Positions 47,946-59,559 of a stretch of DNA of 64,000 nt are shown piece by piece. Each line of letters begins with the position of its first letter. The first letter of the stretch is position 1. The notes under the pieces are model-generated. The model saw only the letters and a list, made by a program, of their open reading frames with translations, searched no databases and was not told the DNA's origin. The DNA lies in contig OZ024741.1 of the NCBI GenBank assembly GCA_964016885.1, positions 388,430,001-388,494,000 on the forward strand, in the 5' to 3' direction. A program made the translations under genes and the position numbers. Source of the DNA: Eledone cirrhosa. Lineage: Eukaryota.

Positions 47946-50515
47946 AATTAAAGCTACTTCAGTATACAACATATTGTTATATTTGGGGAATATTGTTATA
48001 TTTGTCCTAATATTGCCAAAAAATATTAAAACACACTCACTGTTTGGTTTTCATATATTTGTTTATATTTCTATAAATAATTTAGCTGACAATCAATATT
48101 TATCATTGATTGACCAACAGTTAAAAATATAAATATAAATATAGTTTCTCAAAGTTCTTTTGTCACACATATCTGTGACATCTTCAGTGATTATTGCTGT
48201 GTTTTTCATCCTGTTGTGTTTCTATAATGTTTTTTGGTTGTCTCTGTTTGCGCATGCATTTGTTTGCATGTATTCTCTTTTGTGTGTACTCATGTGTTCG
48301 TGTCTGAGTGTGTGTGTGTGTTTATGTGTTTATATTCTATCTTTGGTTACTAGTGTGTGTTTGTGTGTGGGTGTTGTTGTTGTACCTGTGTATATTTATA
48401 TTCTATCTTTGGCTACTAGTGTGTGCTTGTGTATTGTGTATGGTTGTTACAATTCCACTCATGTTTTCTGTTCAGCCTAGGTTTTCTTAATTCTATTTCT
48501 GTAGCTTCCCTAATTTGTCTAACTTTTAGTCATTCCTATGTTTTATTTTAATTTCTATGTTGTCTATTTTGCCATCATGTTTTAGTCTGGCATGTTCATA
48601 TAGTACTGCATTGTCTGTTTGTCCTTTTAGTTTACTCTAGTGTTCATCTATTCTCTCTCCTATGCTACAGGCTGTCTCTCTTATGTATGTTGTTGTCATG
48701 TTTCTGCAGGCACCCTCTGTACATCTTATTCTTTAGACTACATTTCTTGTTTTACAATTTATTTATAGACTTTCTCTATACATAACACATTTCTTATTTG
48801 TGCGGTGGGTTTTCTTAAAGGGGTAAGTTTTACTGATCAGGGATTTTATAGTAGTTTCTGGCTTTTCTACCACTTTAATATTTCAATAGGTTTTTCTTAT
48901 AGCTTTTCTAAATCGACTAGTAGCTAGTCACTAGCTAGTTCACCTCCAGGGGCTGCCTCCATGAACATGACAATCTAGTATCTTTGGTTGTCATACCACG
49001 AGTTGGCTTTCCTTATATTTTTCCTAGTCCTATCTACGCTATTCCATGATTTGCGCCTGTACAGTGAGCAAATCCTTTTCATGTCCATGTCTATGAGGGC
49101 CTTGTATTTATCCATGGCCCCTTTGTACACCCTGATTCTGTCTCTTTGGTTGTAGCCAGAGAACTGCATGCAATAGATGAAGTGTTGTACATGTCTTTCT
49201 AGTTTCAGTTGGATCGAACATGCAGGACACATTTTCATCACTCTTACCAAGTCTGCAATCAGAATATTAAACTTAGCACTATTGGACATCGCTGAGTTTT
49301 TGTGTATTTGGTATTTGGAGGTGAAGGGTTTAGCATAATGTGAGTGGAGGATTTGGGCTTTCTCGTTTATAATATGTAACCAGAGTTCAGTGTCTAATAT
49401 TGGTAGTCTATTGTTAGGGTAGTCTATATAGTTACTGTGATGCTCTGGTGTATGGAGTTAGCTATTTGCTGGATGCTCTCCATGGTTTTAGCTTCTAATT
49501 CGGGTTCATAGGTATTCTCTTGGTGGGGTGTTTTTATTACTATATTAATGTTGTCTATATAATGAGAGTACATGATGAGGGCTATGGAGTTCTCTGCTAA
49601 GTGTTCTTTGAATCTCCTTTCCAATCATACCATAAATAGGTTGGCAACATCGCCAGCTATGCTGATGCCAATGGCCGTCCCTTCATCTTGGGTATATGTT
49701 TTCTTATTAAATTTGAACATATGACTCTTTAGAGTAGTTTTAGTACTAGCCCCTACAGCATGTGTGATCATCTTTCTCACCTGATCATTGATCTCAGGTA
49801 TCCATATGACTCTGGTCCATCCGTTCCATCTTCCTATGGGAGTCTTTTTTGCTATCAAAGTTATAGTAGGGGGTCTACCTCTTATTGGTCTACTAGGGCA
49901 AAAACTGCTAAGGTCATGCTTATCTAGGCATTCTCTGTCACATGTAAGTAAGTCAAAGTAGGAGGCCCATTTCATCCATGTCAACGTCACAGAACTCTAC
50001 CTCACTCTCACTGATTATCTCCACACATTTTCCCACAGCAAAATCAACGTCAATGGATGGGTACAGGGACACTACATCCATGCTGCCTTTTATGCAGTTT
50101 GTCAGGTCTTCGGTGTGGTTGCAATCATTGATGTTGTCACATACATTGGGGACATCTTAATTATGGAGTGCATAACCATAGAGAGGAAGTAGGAGATCCT
50201 GTAGTTGCTGGCGATATTAGCTCTGCAGACAAGTCTTGTTGGTGCTCCTGTTATAGGGTCAGTAGTTGTTTTATAGTCTTTGTGGAGCCCATACAGGAGT
50301 GGTATGTCATTGTTAGAGATTTGGAAGTTATTGGTTATACGTCTATTTGGTCTTAAACCACATCATCATGTGAGTGTTGAGGATCCTTTCTCTTCCCTCG
50401 TGTGTTTGTGGTGTTATTACAATAAACCTTTTATGTATATTGAAATGTGGAATTATTGTGAAATATGCAATGACTGCCAAATCTCACAGGTATACAATAA
50501 GATTTCAAATATCAG
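47946..50515 (-). mobile_element. Decayed Penelope-like retroelement (RT + GIY-YIG endonuclease), possibly Naiad-like
   Basis: Minus-strand RT motifs GSMDVVSLYPSIDV (about 50046-50087), FKFNKKTYTQDEGTAIGISIAGDVANLFMV, YSHYIDNINIV, PILDTELWL, SHYAKPFTS. Then GIY-YIG: CKTRNVV*RIRC..YIRETACSIGERIDEH..YEHARLKHDG..RQIREATEIE (about 48490-48756). Outer boundaries are approximate. Confidence 0.85.
48149..48190 (-). ncRNA. Candidate minimal type-I hammerhead ribozyme relic in the PLE 3' region
   Basis: Minus strand reads UCA-CUGAAGA-u-GUCACA(gauaug)UGUGAC-AAAA-G(aa)C-UU-UGA. Stems I, II and III and the CUGANGA box are present; GAAA is read as AAAA. Confidence 0.55.
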
Positions 50516-51140
50516 TGTGTGCATGTTGTGTGTGTGTATGTGTGTGTGTGCATGTGTTTGCATGTGTGTGTATGTGTATGTTATGTGTGTGTATGTGTGT
50601 GTGCATGTGTTTGTATGTGTGTGTATGTGTACGTTATGTGTGTGTACGTTATGTGTGTGTATGTGTGTGTGCATGTGTGTGTATGTTATGTGTGTGTGCA
50701 TATGTGTCTGTGTGTATGTGTGAGTGTGTATGAGTGTGTTTGTATGTATGTGTGTATATGTGTGAGTATGTGTGGGTATGTGTGTATATATATATGTGTG
50801 TGTATATGCATGTGTATATCTGTGTGCGTGTATGCGTTTATGTGTGTATGTCTGTGTATGTGTTTATGTGTGTATGTCTGTGTATGCGTTTATGTGTGTA
50901 TGTCTGTGTATGTGTGTATGTCTGTGTATGTCTGTGTATGTCTGTGTATGTGTTTATGTGTGTATGTCTGTGTATGTGTTTATGTGTGTATGTCTGTGTA
51001 TGTGTTTGTGTGTGTGTATGTGTGTGTATGTGTGTGTGTGAATGTGTGTGTATGTGTGTGTATGTGTGTGTATGTGTGTGTATGTGTGTGTATGTGTGTA
51101 TGTGTGTATGTGTATATGTGTGTATGTCTGCTCATGTGTG
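50516..51140 (+). repeat. Degenerate (TG)n/(TGTGTATGTC)n microsatellite
   Basis: Directly visible. Confidence 0.9.
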
Positions 51141-51348
51141 TTTTAATGTGATAGTACAGTAGATGGAGTGTTAATGTGATATCACAGCTAAATTGAAGGT
51201 ACTGTCACCTGTGTGTCTCTAACAGGTTCAATTTCTCACCTGGTCTATTTCCCATCATGCATGGCTTCATACCTGCTTCAGGCAGTCAATAAATTACCTT
51301 TTATCAATATTAACTTGATTGGAATGAATTGTGCACAACACCTTAGAA

Positions 51349-51593
51349 GTTGTCATTGTTGTTGTTGCTGTTGTTGTTGTTGTTGTTGCTGTTGTTGGTG
51401 CTGTTGTTATTGCTGTTGTTGTTGTTGCTGTTGTTGGTGCTATTGTTATTGCTGTTGTTGTTGTTGTTGGTGTTGTTGTTTTTGTTGTTGTTGGTGTTGT
51501 TGTTGCTGTTGTTTTTGTTGTTGTCAATGTTGTTGTTGTTGTTGCTGTTGTTGTTGTTGTTGTTGTTGTTGTTGTCAATGTTGTTGTTGTTGT
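51349..51593 (+). repeat. (GTT)n trinucleotide repeat with GCT/GGT/ATT variants
   Basis: Directly visible. Confidence 0.95.
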
Positions 51594-51679
51594 TCTCACA
51601 GATTGTTGGTCAGAACAGACCAAGCAGCTTATAGGTTCTCCATGAGATGAACTATGTGGTATTTACAGAGCCAATGCTT

Positions 51680-52578
51680 CAGATATACCACACCTCTAGA
51701 TATACCACACCTCTAGGTGTACCACACCTCTAGATATACCACACCTCCAGATATACCACACCTCTAGATATACCACACCTCCAGATATACCACACCTCCA
51801 GATATACCACACCTCTAGGTGTACCACACCTCTAGATATACCACACCTCTAGATATACCACACCTCAAGATATACCACACCTCTAGATATACCATACCTC
51901 TAGATATACCACACCTCCAGATATACCACACCTCAAGATATACCACACCTCTAGGTGTACCACACCTCTAGATATACCACACCTCTAGATATAGCACACC
52001 TCCAAATATACCACACCTCTAGATATACCACACCTCTAGGTGTACCATATCTCTAGATATACCACACCTCTAGATATAGCACACCTCCAGATATACCACA
52101 CCTCTAGATATACCACACCTCTAGGTGTACCATATCTCTAGATATACCACACCTCTAGGTGTACCATACCTCTAGATATACCACATCTCTGTATATAACA
52201 TATCTCCAGATATACCAAGTCTCTAGATATAACACACCTTCATATTAATATACCTCCAGATATACCATGCCTCTAGATATGCCACACTTCCAGATATAAC
52301 ATAACTCCAGATATAACATACTTCTAGATATACTATACTATACTTCCACACATTCCATATTTCCTCCAGATGTACCATACTATACCTCCAAATATACTAC
52401 ATCATCAGGTGTGCCATACCTGCATGTGCATCATGCCCCCAGATGTACTATACCTCCAGATATACCATACCCCCCAGATAATTACCTCATGAAATACCAT
52501 GCCTCCAGATGTACTATACCTCCAGATATACCATACCCCCCATATAATTACCTCATGAAATACCATGCCTCCAGATGA
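51680..52578 (+). repeat. 17-bp minisatellite with polar decay
   Basis: Unit AGATATACCACACCTCT (variant AGGTGTACCACACCTCT). Well conserved to about 52190, then progressively degenerate. Confidence 0.95.
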
Positions 52579-52757
52579 TTGAGATCTACAATGATAAAAT
52601 TAAACTTAAAAAATTTCAAACTTGTTTTCAAATTTATAGTTGTCTAATATTTTCAGAAGTTTTCAAACAGATTTATGTTTAAAACTGTCTGCCATTGAAC
52701 TTAAAATTTTGAACATAGTATCAACAAAGCAACATAAACCATCTTTTTAAGCATGTA

Positions 52758-52860
52758 CCGTATATACTCAAAAATATGGCGGGGAATATATGACCCCAAA
52801 AATCAATAGTAAAATAGGGGTGGCTTATATTCGGATCTACTTATATTTGAGTATATATGG
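52758..52860. mobile_element. Tc1/mariner (Tc2-like) MITE, 103 bp
   Basis: TA|CCGTATATACTCAAA ... TTTGAGTATATATGG|TA: imperfect TIRs flanked by TA. Confidence 0.75.
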
Positions 52861-53104
52861 TAAGTCTTTTGTTTAAAATTGCCGCTTATTTAACTGAATA
52901 TTCAGTTATGTATATCTTTCAATTGGGAGATAAAATTGAGAAAACTGAGAAAATTGAGAAAGGAACTCCTTGTTTGTTAAAAGGTTGGGAACCATTGTGG
53001 TAGGTTATGATATTTGGGGGAAGACTTGGCTGCTATTTCTAGCTAGGGAAATGACAATGTAGAAGCTTCCTCATTGGCTCACAGTGTATCAATTGTTGTC
53101 TGGA

Positions 53105-53240
53105 TCCAGCCTGGTTGAATGGTTAAGAAGTTTGCTTTACAATCATTAGGTCATGGGTTCAATTCTCTTACATGGCATCTTGGTGAAGTGTCATTTACAC
53201 ATTGGGTCTATCCAAGCCTTGTTAATGAAAGTGGGTAGAT
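53105..53240 (+). mobile_element. Degraded tRNA-derived SINE
   Basis: A-box-like TGGTTGAATGGTTAAG, B-box-like GGGTTCAATTC, then a TGGCATCTTGG..AAGTGTC core. Confidence 0.55.
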
Positions 53241-53804
53241 GATGGTGGTGGTGGGTGTGTGTGTGTGTGTGAGGGGGGGAGGGTGACCATAGCTGAGACA
53301 CACAACATAGACACTATCAGAACTTCAGAGTTTTGTTCTTCAAAATATATCATTTACAGGGTGCATCCTAGCACAGTGTTGCTTTTTTGGTGGTGGTGGT
53401 GGTGGAGGTGAGGTAGTGACATTATTGATGCTGTTGTTGCTAATTTTTGTTTGTATGTGTTATGTGTATTTTCACACTCATTTGATTTGTTACTAGCTAA
53501 CATATTCATAAGCACCAAAAATTCACAGCAGGATGCAGACTTAGAAAAATATAATAAATAAATAAATAAGAATAACTAACACAGAATACTTACTTAGATA
53601 AAAATATACTGATATTTCTCATGGTGAACCAGAGTTATAAATGGGAATCTCTGTGGATTCTACACATTTTACCATAAGCATGAAACGAGGGCTTTAATGT
53701 TTATGCACATAAACTGCAATACACATACAATATGTATATGTGTGTGTGTATGCGTGTATATGCATATACATACATATATATATCATGTTGATGATATATA
53801 TATA

Positions 53805-54192
53805 GAAATGAAGCAAGCATGCTCCGTTGGATGTGCAATGTCAATGTGCGTGAACAACCAAGCATAGAATAGTTGAGAAAGAAACTGGGTATAAAAGGGA
53901 TAAGTTGTGGTGTGCAGGAGAGAAGACTGAGATGGTATGGACATGTGATGCGCATGGAGGATGACTGCTGGGTAAATAAGTGCCAAGAAATCCCAGTAGA
54001 AAGAAGACGCAGTAGAGGTAGACCACGAAAAAAATGGGCAGAGATGGTGAGAGCAGACCTCAGATCGCTGAAACTCACCGAAGAGATGACGAAGGACCGT
54101 GACAAGTGAAGAGATGCTGTGCTGAATAGGACCCATCCCACCCTTGCAAGCAGGGAAAAGCGGGCGTAAAATGATGATGATGATGATGATGA
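53805..54192 (+). mobile_element. 5'-truncated RTE-clade LINE 3' end with (ATG)n tail
   Basis: NEASMLRWMCNVNVRE..ERRLRWYGHVMRMEDDCWVNKC..RGRPRKKWAEMV..DRDK, ending AAA(TGA)n. Confidence 0.85.
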
Positions 54193-54315
54193 TATATATA
54201 TATACATATAAATGTACATATATATACACACACACACACACACATATATATAAATACACACATACACACATATATAGATATATATATGTGTGTGTGTGTG
54301 TGTATACATGTACAT

Positions 54316-54354
<39 letters not shown>

Positions 54355-54374
54355 ATCATCCTCATCATCATTAT

Positions 54375-54405
<31 letters not shown>

Positions 54406-54475
54406 GTGTGTGTGTGTGTGTGTGTACGTGTGTGTGTGTGCACATGTATATAAATACATATGTGTGTATAAATAT
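54193..54475 (+). repeat. Compound (TA)n/(CA)n/(TG)n/(CAT)n microsatellite
   Basis: Directly visible. Confidence 0.9.
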
Positions 54476-54499
54476 ATGAATTGTATGTAGAGGGAATGC

Positions 54500-54750
54500 A
54501 AGTGGCAGAGTCATTAGAACATCAATGTTTTGCTGTATTTGTTTCGATGCTGTGTTCTCTGAGTTCAAATCCCACCAAGGTCAACTTTGCCTTTCATCCA
54601 TTCGAGATAAAAATAATAAAAATATACCAGTCTTGTACTGGGGTTGATTCATCCTCTATGTCTCTTTCTCATTCTCTATCCTTCTCTGGAAGGAATCTGC
54701 TGTATTCAGACCTGGTTTAAAAATGCCCTAGAAACACTGTATTGATGCCT
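54500..54750 (+). mobile_element. tRNA-derived SINE
   Basis: TGGCAGAGTCATTAG..GAGTTCAAATCCC..ACTTTGCCTTTCATCC..GTACTGGGG. A diverged inverted relative lies at 58275-58540. Confidence 0.65.
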
Positions 54751-54781
54751 TTAGGAATTACAAGACCATGCATGTATTGTG

Positions 54782-54838
54782 GAAAGCTTGTGTTTAGAAA
54801 GCTTGTGTTTAGAAAGCTTGTGTTTAGAAAGCTTGTGT
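54782..54838 (+). repeat. 15-bp tandem repeat, about 3.7 copies
   Basis: (GAAAGCTTGTGTTTA)n. Confidence 0.9.
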
Positions 54839-55310
54839 GTATTCAATACATAACATTTTTAAAAGAGTTTATGCATATTTTGAAGCTGAGGCTTCTTGCA
54901 TTGTTATTGAGTTTTGTGTCACCAACTATTGAGCAAAATATCCATGAATGCAATATCCATTGAAATACAATGGGCCATTGAGATTTCTGTGGTTTTTGAA
55001 AATTTTTACATGTTCATCTATTGAATTCTTACAGAGAACTTGAGATATGTTCATTTATTTACATGTAAAAACATGTACTATTTTCATGTCCTCAGTGTCA
55101 TATATGTAAAACACACAAAAGCAAAGATGGTGGCTATTGTTAATGTAGTTTTATTATTTATGATTTTTATTTTATTTTATTTTTTTTTCAATATGTGACC
55201 ATGTTTCAAAGCAAATATAGGAAATAAACTATTTGAATCATTTGATATCTGGAAATTCCAATTATTTGTTATACTTCTCCAATAAAGATCATAACTTTTG
55301 AAGCTGTTAA

Positions 55311-55645
55311 TCCTTTTCATACCAAGCTGCTTAAAACTGTCCCTGGATCCATAATATGATACTGTTTATTTTTAAATGTTTATATTTATCTAAAAGCATC
55401 CCAATATAATTCCATGTAAGAACCTTCATTAAGTTATGTTCCATACACCAATTTAATAAAATGCAGGGATTTGTTTCATAGACCCAGAGCTGGTGTTTGG
55501 CTGGGTTGTTATCAAAAGGGTTAACATATGGTTCTTATATAAAATTATGTTGAAATTTGTTTTATTTAAATAGGAACCTTTTAAAATAGATGGCTCTGTT
55601 TCATAGAACCTGAGCTGGTGTTTGGCTGGTTTGGTATCAAAAGGG
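55311..55645. mobile_element. piggyBac-like TTAA MITE with duplicated right end
   Basis: TTAA|TCCTTTTCATACCAA at 55307-55325. ATCAAAAGGG|TTAA ends at both 55520 and 55645. Confidence 0.6.
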
Positions 55646-56102
55646 TTAAAGGAATTAATACTGGGTTATTATTGTTCTGAATGTAGCACACAGGTATTTA
55701 AAAGATGAAGTCTATGGAGAGGTTAGTTTTCTGAGCTTGACATACTTTCCCTGTGATGTAAATGACAATAGTGTACTAATTATCAACATACAATAGGAAA
55801 TTACTACACTGCTGTGCAGAAGCAAGCTGCTAAGCTACAACAATTAAGGAATGTGTCTACTATCTCATTTGTAACTGGTACAACTGGAATACAACTGGTA
55901 CAACTAATATACAATCAGTTCTATAAGGATATTGACACATTACCTATAAAGACAGACATATACTTATTCCAAGAAATAGCAATATTGGCATCTGTAAATA
56001 TTGTTAGGGTATTATCACACAGCTTTTATTAACCTTAAACACTTTTATAAAAATTCTCCAGAATGTACTAAATGGTTGTTTTAAAAAAAGAAATCCTTGA
56101 TG

Positions 56103-56190
56103 TACGAAAGTTGGCTAAAAAGTTCATAGGGTTGACCAAGATACTCTCGTGGTATGACCAAATGGGGTTTATTTTGCAACATAATCTCTG
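56103..56190. mobile_element. Probable mariner terminal fragment
   Basis: TACGAAAGTTGGCTAAAAAGTTC..TTTATTTTGCAACATAATCTC resembles mariner TIR/subterminal sequence; no partner end seen. Confidence 0.4.
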
Positions 56191-57424
56191 GAAAGAAACA
56201 ATGCAATTAGTTATTAATAAGAAGAGTTGAAATTAATGCATGTAAAATTTCACAGCTCTAACATCACTCCTTCATACTTTTCAGCTGACCTTCATATTTC
56301 TCAAACTAAGAACAACAAAGTTGATAATAATAGTTTTTAATATTGGCACAAATCTACATATTTGTAGGGATGTTGTACCACCCCATTGATATAATACTAT
56401 ACTTAACAATATATTTATGTACCATAGCTGTGATATCGTACTCCTCCTACCCCTCCCCCTCCTCCTCCTCATCACCACCACCACCACCACCACCACCACC
56501 ACCATTACCACCTCATGATACTATTCCATAAAACAGCTGTGGTAGTGTCTTTTACAATAGTTAGGTACAACACCACACCATAACTAGGGTACCATGGTAC
56601 CTTACTACAGTTGTAATAGAGTAGAGTACTACTACTTCCCATTAATGCAGATATCCTAAATTAGAATGTTGTTATGCTGATATGGCTGATAAGAAAACCC
56701 CTCTTTAGAACTTTACTGAAGGGATGACTCATCACATGGCCATATTAACTCACACCATACAATGTGACATGATACTATCAACATTGTCCAGAGTCACAAT
56801 AGTCTTATTTTATCTCTGATATACCATCCATTAAATCATCTTTCTATCCTTTATCTTTCATCAAAGTGTGTTTAATCTTGTGTCATGCTTCTTATTTCCT
56901 CTGAAACAGCAATTAGTAAGAGGGGTAAGAAAGCAGCATGTAAGTTTTGAAATTATCTCAGACCATGATAATATTTTAAACATGTCACATGACATTTTTA
57001 TTTAATCTGGTTAGATTTAAGTTTTAGAGTGGTGTTGTTATTCCATTAATAGAAATGGAACAGTCAAACTTGAACCATATTTCACTCTTGAAATTGGTTG
57101 ATTGGGAAGAAATAGAATTACACTGAGTCACCACCACCATCATCATTATCATCACCACCGTCATCATCATCATTACCACCACCACCACTTTCAGAATTGA
57201 TGGAGTTCCAACACATGCAACACACACAGCACAAACACACACACACACGCACACACACACATACACACACACACACACACACAGGCACATACAAACACAC
57301 ACACACACAGAGTGTTATATAGGGAGAGTTATGTATTTTGAAGGCTGTAGCTTGATAACATCAATCATCCCCACACCCATACCAGTAATTGGTGTAGGTT
57401 GTTGTTATACTGGGAGTGTTTGGG

Positions 57425-57620
57425 CTGTATCTTATCCTTATCATATCCATTGGCCTTAGGTGAGACAGCAAGCACAACTTCATGCCAACAATCTCTATTT
57501 CCCATCAAGGTTCATAGGTCTTCCTTGTCAATTCCAGTGTCTCTTGCTAAGGTATCCTGATATCTGAGCTTTCTGGTAGAGGAGATCTCCCACAACAAGA
57601 AGTCTCAAACCATCTTGCAT
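57425..57620 (-). mobile_element. RTE-like LINE 3' fragment
   Basis: Minus strand DFLLWEISSTRKLRYQDTLARDTGIDKEDL*TLMGNRDCWHEVV, followed by a short GATAAG-type tail. Confidence 0.6.
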
Positions 57621-58274
57621 GGAAGCAGTCACCCACGAGCCTTGTATGATGGTATAGTTTTGGTTTTACTTTATGTATCTAGTGGGTAAGGTTGGGTGTA
57701 GCTTTAAGGATTACATCTACTTGAGTTTGTGGCTGAAATTTTTGACTTGCTGTGAAAAGTCAACAAACCAGTTATACCACAGGTTTTATATCTCTGCAGG
57801 CAAAAAAAAAAAAAAAAATGAGATTGATCTGATTAGTTTCTAATCTTGTTAGATTTTCATCACAAACAAAAGATCCACTAACCCTCTGGAACAGAAATGA
57901 AATTTATAACTCACACCTCATAGGAGGTTTCTTACATGTTTTAATGATTGGGGACCCAGTCTTTTAACAAAAAGCAACATAAAATGAAATGGCACCAACA
58001 TGGTTCCAGGTCCAGAAATTGAATCCACAACTTTATTATCATGAGTCCATTACCCTAACCATTAGGCTATGTGCCTTCACTATCATGGAGAGATCAGTGA
58101 CTTACAGCTATTTATAGTATAAACAAGCTAATTTGTTTAAATGAGTTCTAGCTTGTATACATTATAAATAGCTATAAGAAGATTAAGTCATTATGAGGCC
58201 TTAATCACGTAAAATATTATGGTACCTCTCATATACACATGCATGGTCCTGTAACTTGTGAGGGAGTTATAGAG

Positions 58275-58540
58275 GCGCTGCATTAACATACAGCATTTCT
58301 TGGACATTTTAAAGCCTGGCAGAGCCTACCTCCTCTCCAGATCTGAATGCAGCAGATTTCTCCATGAGAAAGATAGAGAATATGAGAATGGAAATGAGAT
58401 ATGTATAGAGGAAGAATCGACCCCTGTACTAGACTGGCACTTTTTTCTCAAATGGATGAAAGGCAAAGTAAACCAAGGCAAGATTTAAACGGAGAGAGTA
58501 GAGAACCAAAATAAATACTTCAAAACATTTTTATCCGACT
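58275..58540 (-). mobile_element. Minus-strand copy of the SINE family at 54500-54750
   Basis: Reverse complement contains ACTTTGCCTTTCATCCATT..CCAGTCTAGTACAGGGGTCGATTC..ATTCTCTATC..AATCTGCTGCATTCAGA. Confidence 0.7.
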
Positions 58541-58811
58541 TTTCCTCACCCAACAAAAAATGTTTTTGGGAATGACAAATACATTTAATTTGAATAAAAT
58601 GGTGCCTTTCCTCCCTTGATGTCCAAAACATGCTTATTTTGTTTAATGGTTTACCCAGGACTGGCTATAAACTACTAATATCTTTGCAAGCAGAAGATAG
58701 GTAATGTTTCTTTGATGAAGATCTAACATAACTACAGACAGGTCTGATTGATCTCATCTTTTTGGCTCACAAAGAGATAAATACTGTAATTGTGCTAGAG
58801 TGTTTATACCA

Positions 58812-59298
58812 TACATTTATACCGTATGGCACAAGTATAACATTAAATAAGGTATACCTTACATTTATACCGTATGGCACAAGTATAACATTAAATAAGG
58901 TATACCTTACATTTATACCGTATGGCACAAGTATAACATTAAATAAGGTATACCTTACATTTATACCGTATGGCACAAGTATAACATTAAATAAGGTATA
59001 CCTTACATTTATACCGTATGGCACAAGTATAACATTAAATAAGGTATACCTTACATTTATACCGTATGGCACAAGTATAACATTAAATAAGGTATACCTT
59101 ACATTTATACCGTATGGCACAAGTATAACATTAAATAAGGTATACCTTACATTTATACCGTATGGCACAAGTATAACATTAAATAAGGTATACCTTACAT
59201 TTATACCGTATGGCACAAGTATAACATTAAATAAGGTATACCTTACATTTATACCGTATGGCACAAGTATAACATTAAATAAGGTATACCTTACATTT
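58812..59298 (+). repeat. Perfect 48-bp tandem repeat, 10 copies plus 7 bp
   Basis: Unit TACATTTATACCGTATGGCACAAGTATAACATTAAATAAGGTATACCT; no variants seen. Confidence 0.97.
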
Positions 59299-59559
59299 CA
59301 AATAAATAGTTACTCCACATTTTTGTTTTCATTTCATATAAAATAATAAAAATATAAGTAGGCATTTAAATAAATATATACATACATGCATACAGATAGA
59401 AGTATATAAATATGTTATATACACACACACACACATATTTATATATATATTTATAGCGTTAACCTAATACAGTATATATAAATCAGAATGGATTCAGTTT
59501 GAAACTGGTTAGACCATTACTCAACAGAGTACTCAATACTTGGAGTAGTAGAGTATGAT

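Noticed and set aside
6452-47951. Hundreds of long Cys/Val-rich or His/Thr-rich ORFs (up to 977 aa)
   Set aside because: The 33-bp unit is a multiple of 3 and stop-free in all TG-strand frames, so these are repeat artefacts.
49620-49630. Selenocysteine UGA in the PLE RT
   Set aside because: The position fits a TGG-to-TGA change, and the copy has TAA/TAG stops and frameshifts elsewhere.
51213-51650. Plus-strand poly-Cys, poly-Val and poly-Leu ORFs
   Set aside because: Alternative frames of (GTT)n.
55872-55906. Short AACTGGTAC tandem
   Set aside because: About three imperfect copies; ordinary slippage.
56440-57310. Pro-, Gly/Asp- and Val-rich short ORFs
   Set aside because: Simple CCT, CAC, CAT and CA repeats with no other coding evidence.
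58300-58488. 62-aa ORF that looks like an exon
   Set aside because: It is the reverse complement of the SINE family seen at 54500-54750.
58762-59346. 194-aa and 165-aa repeat-protein ORFs, or a CRISPR array
   Set aside because: A perfect 48-bp DNA tandem open on both strands, with no synonymous variation and no spacers.
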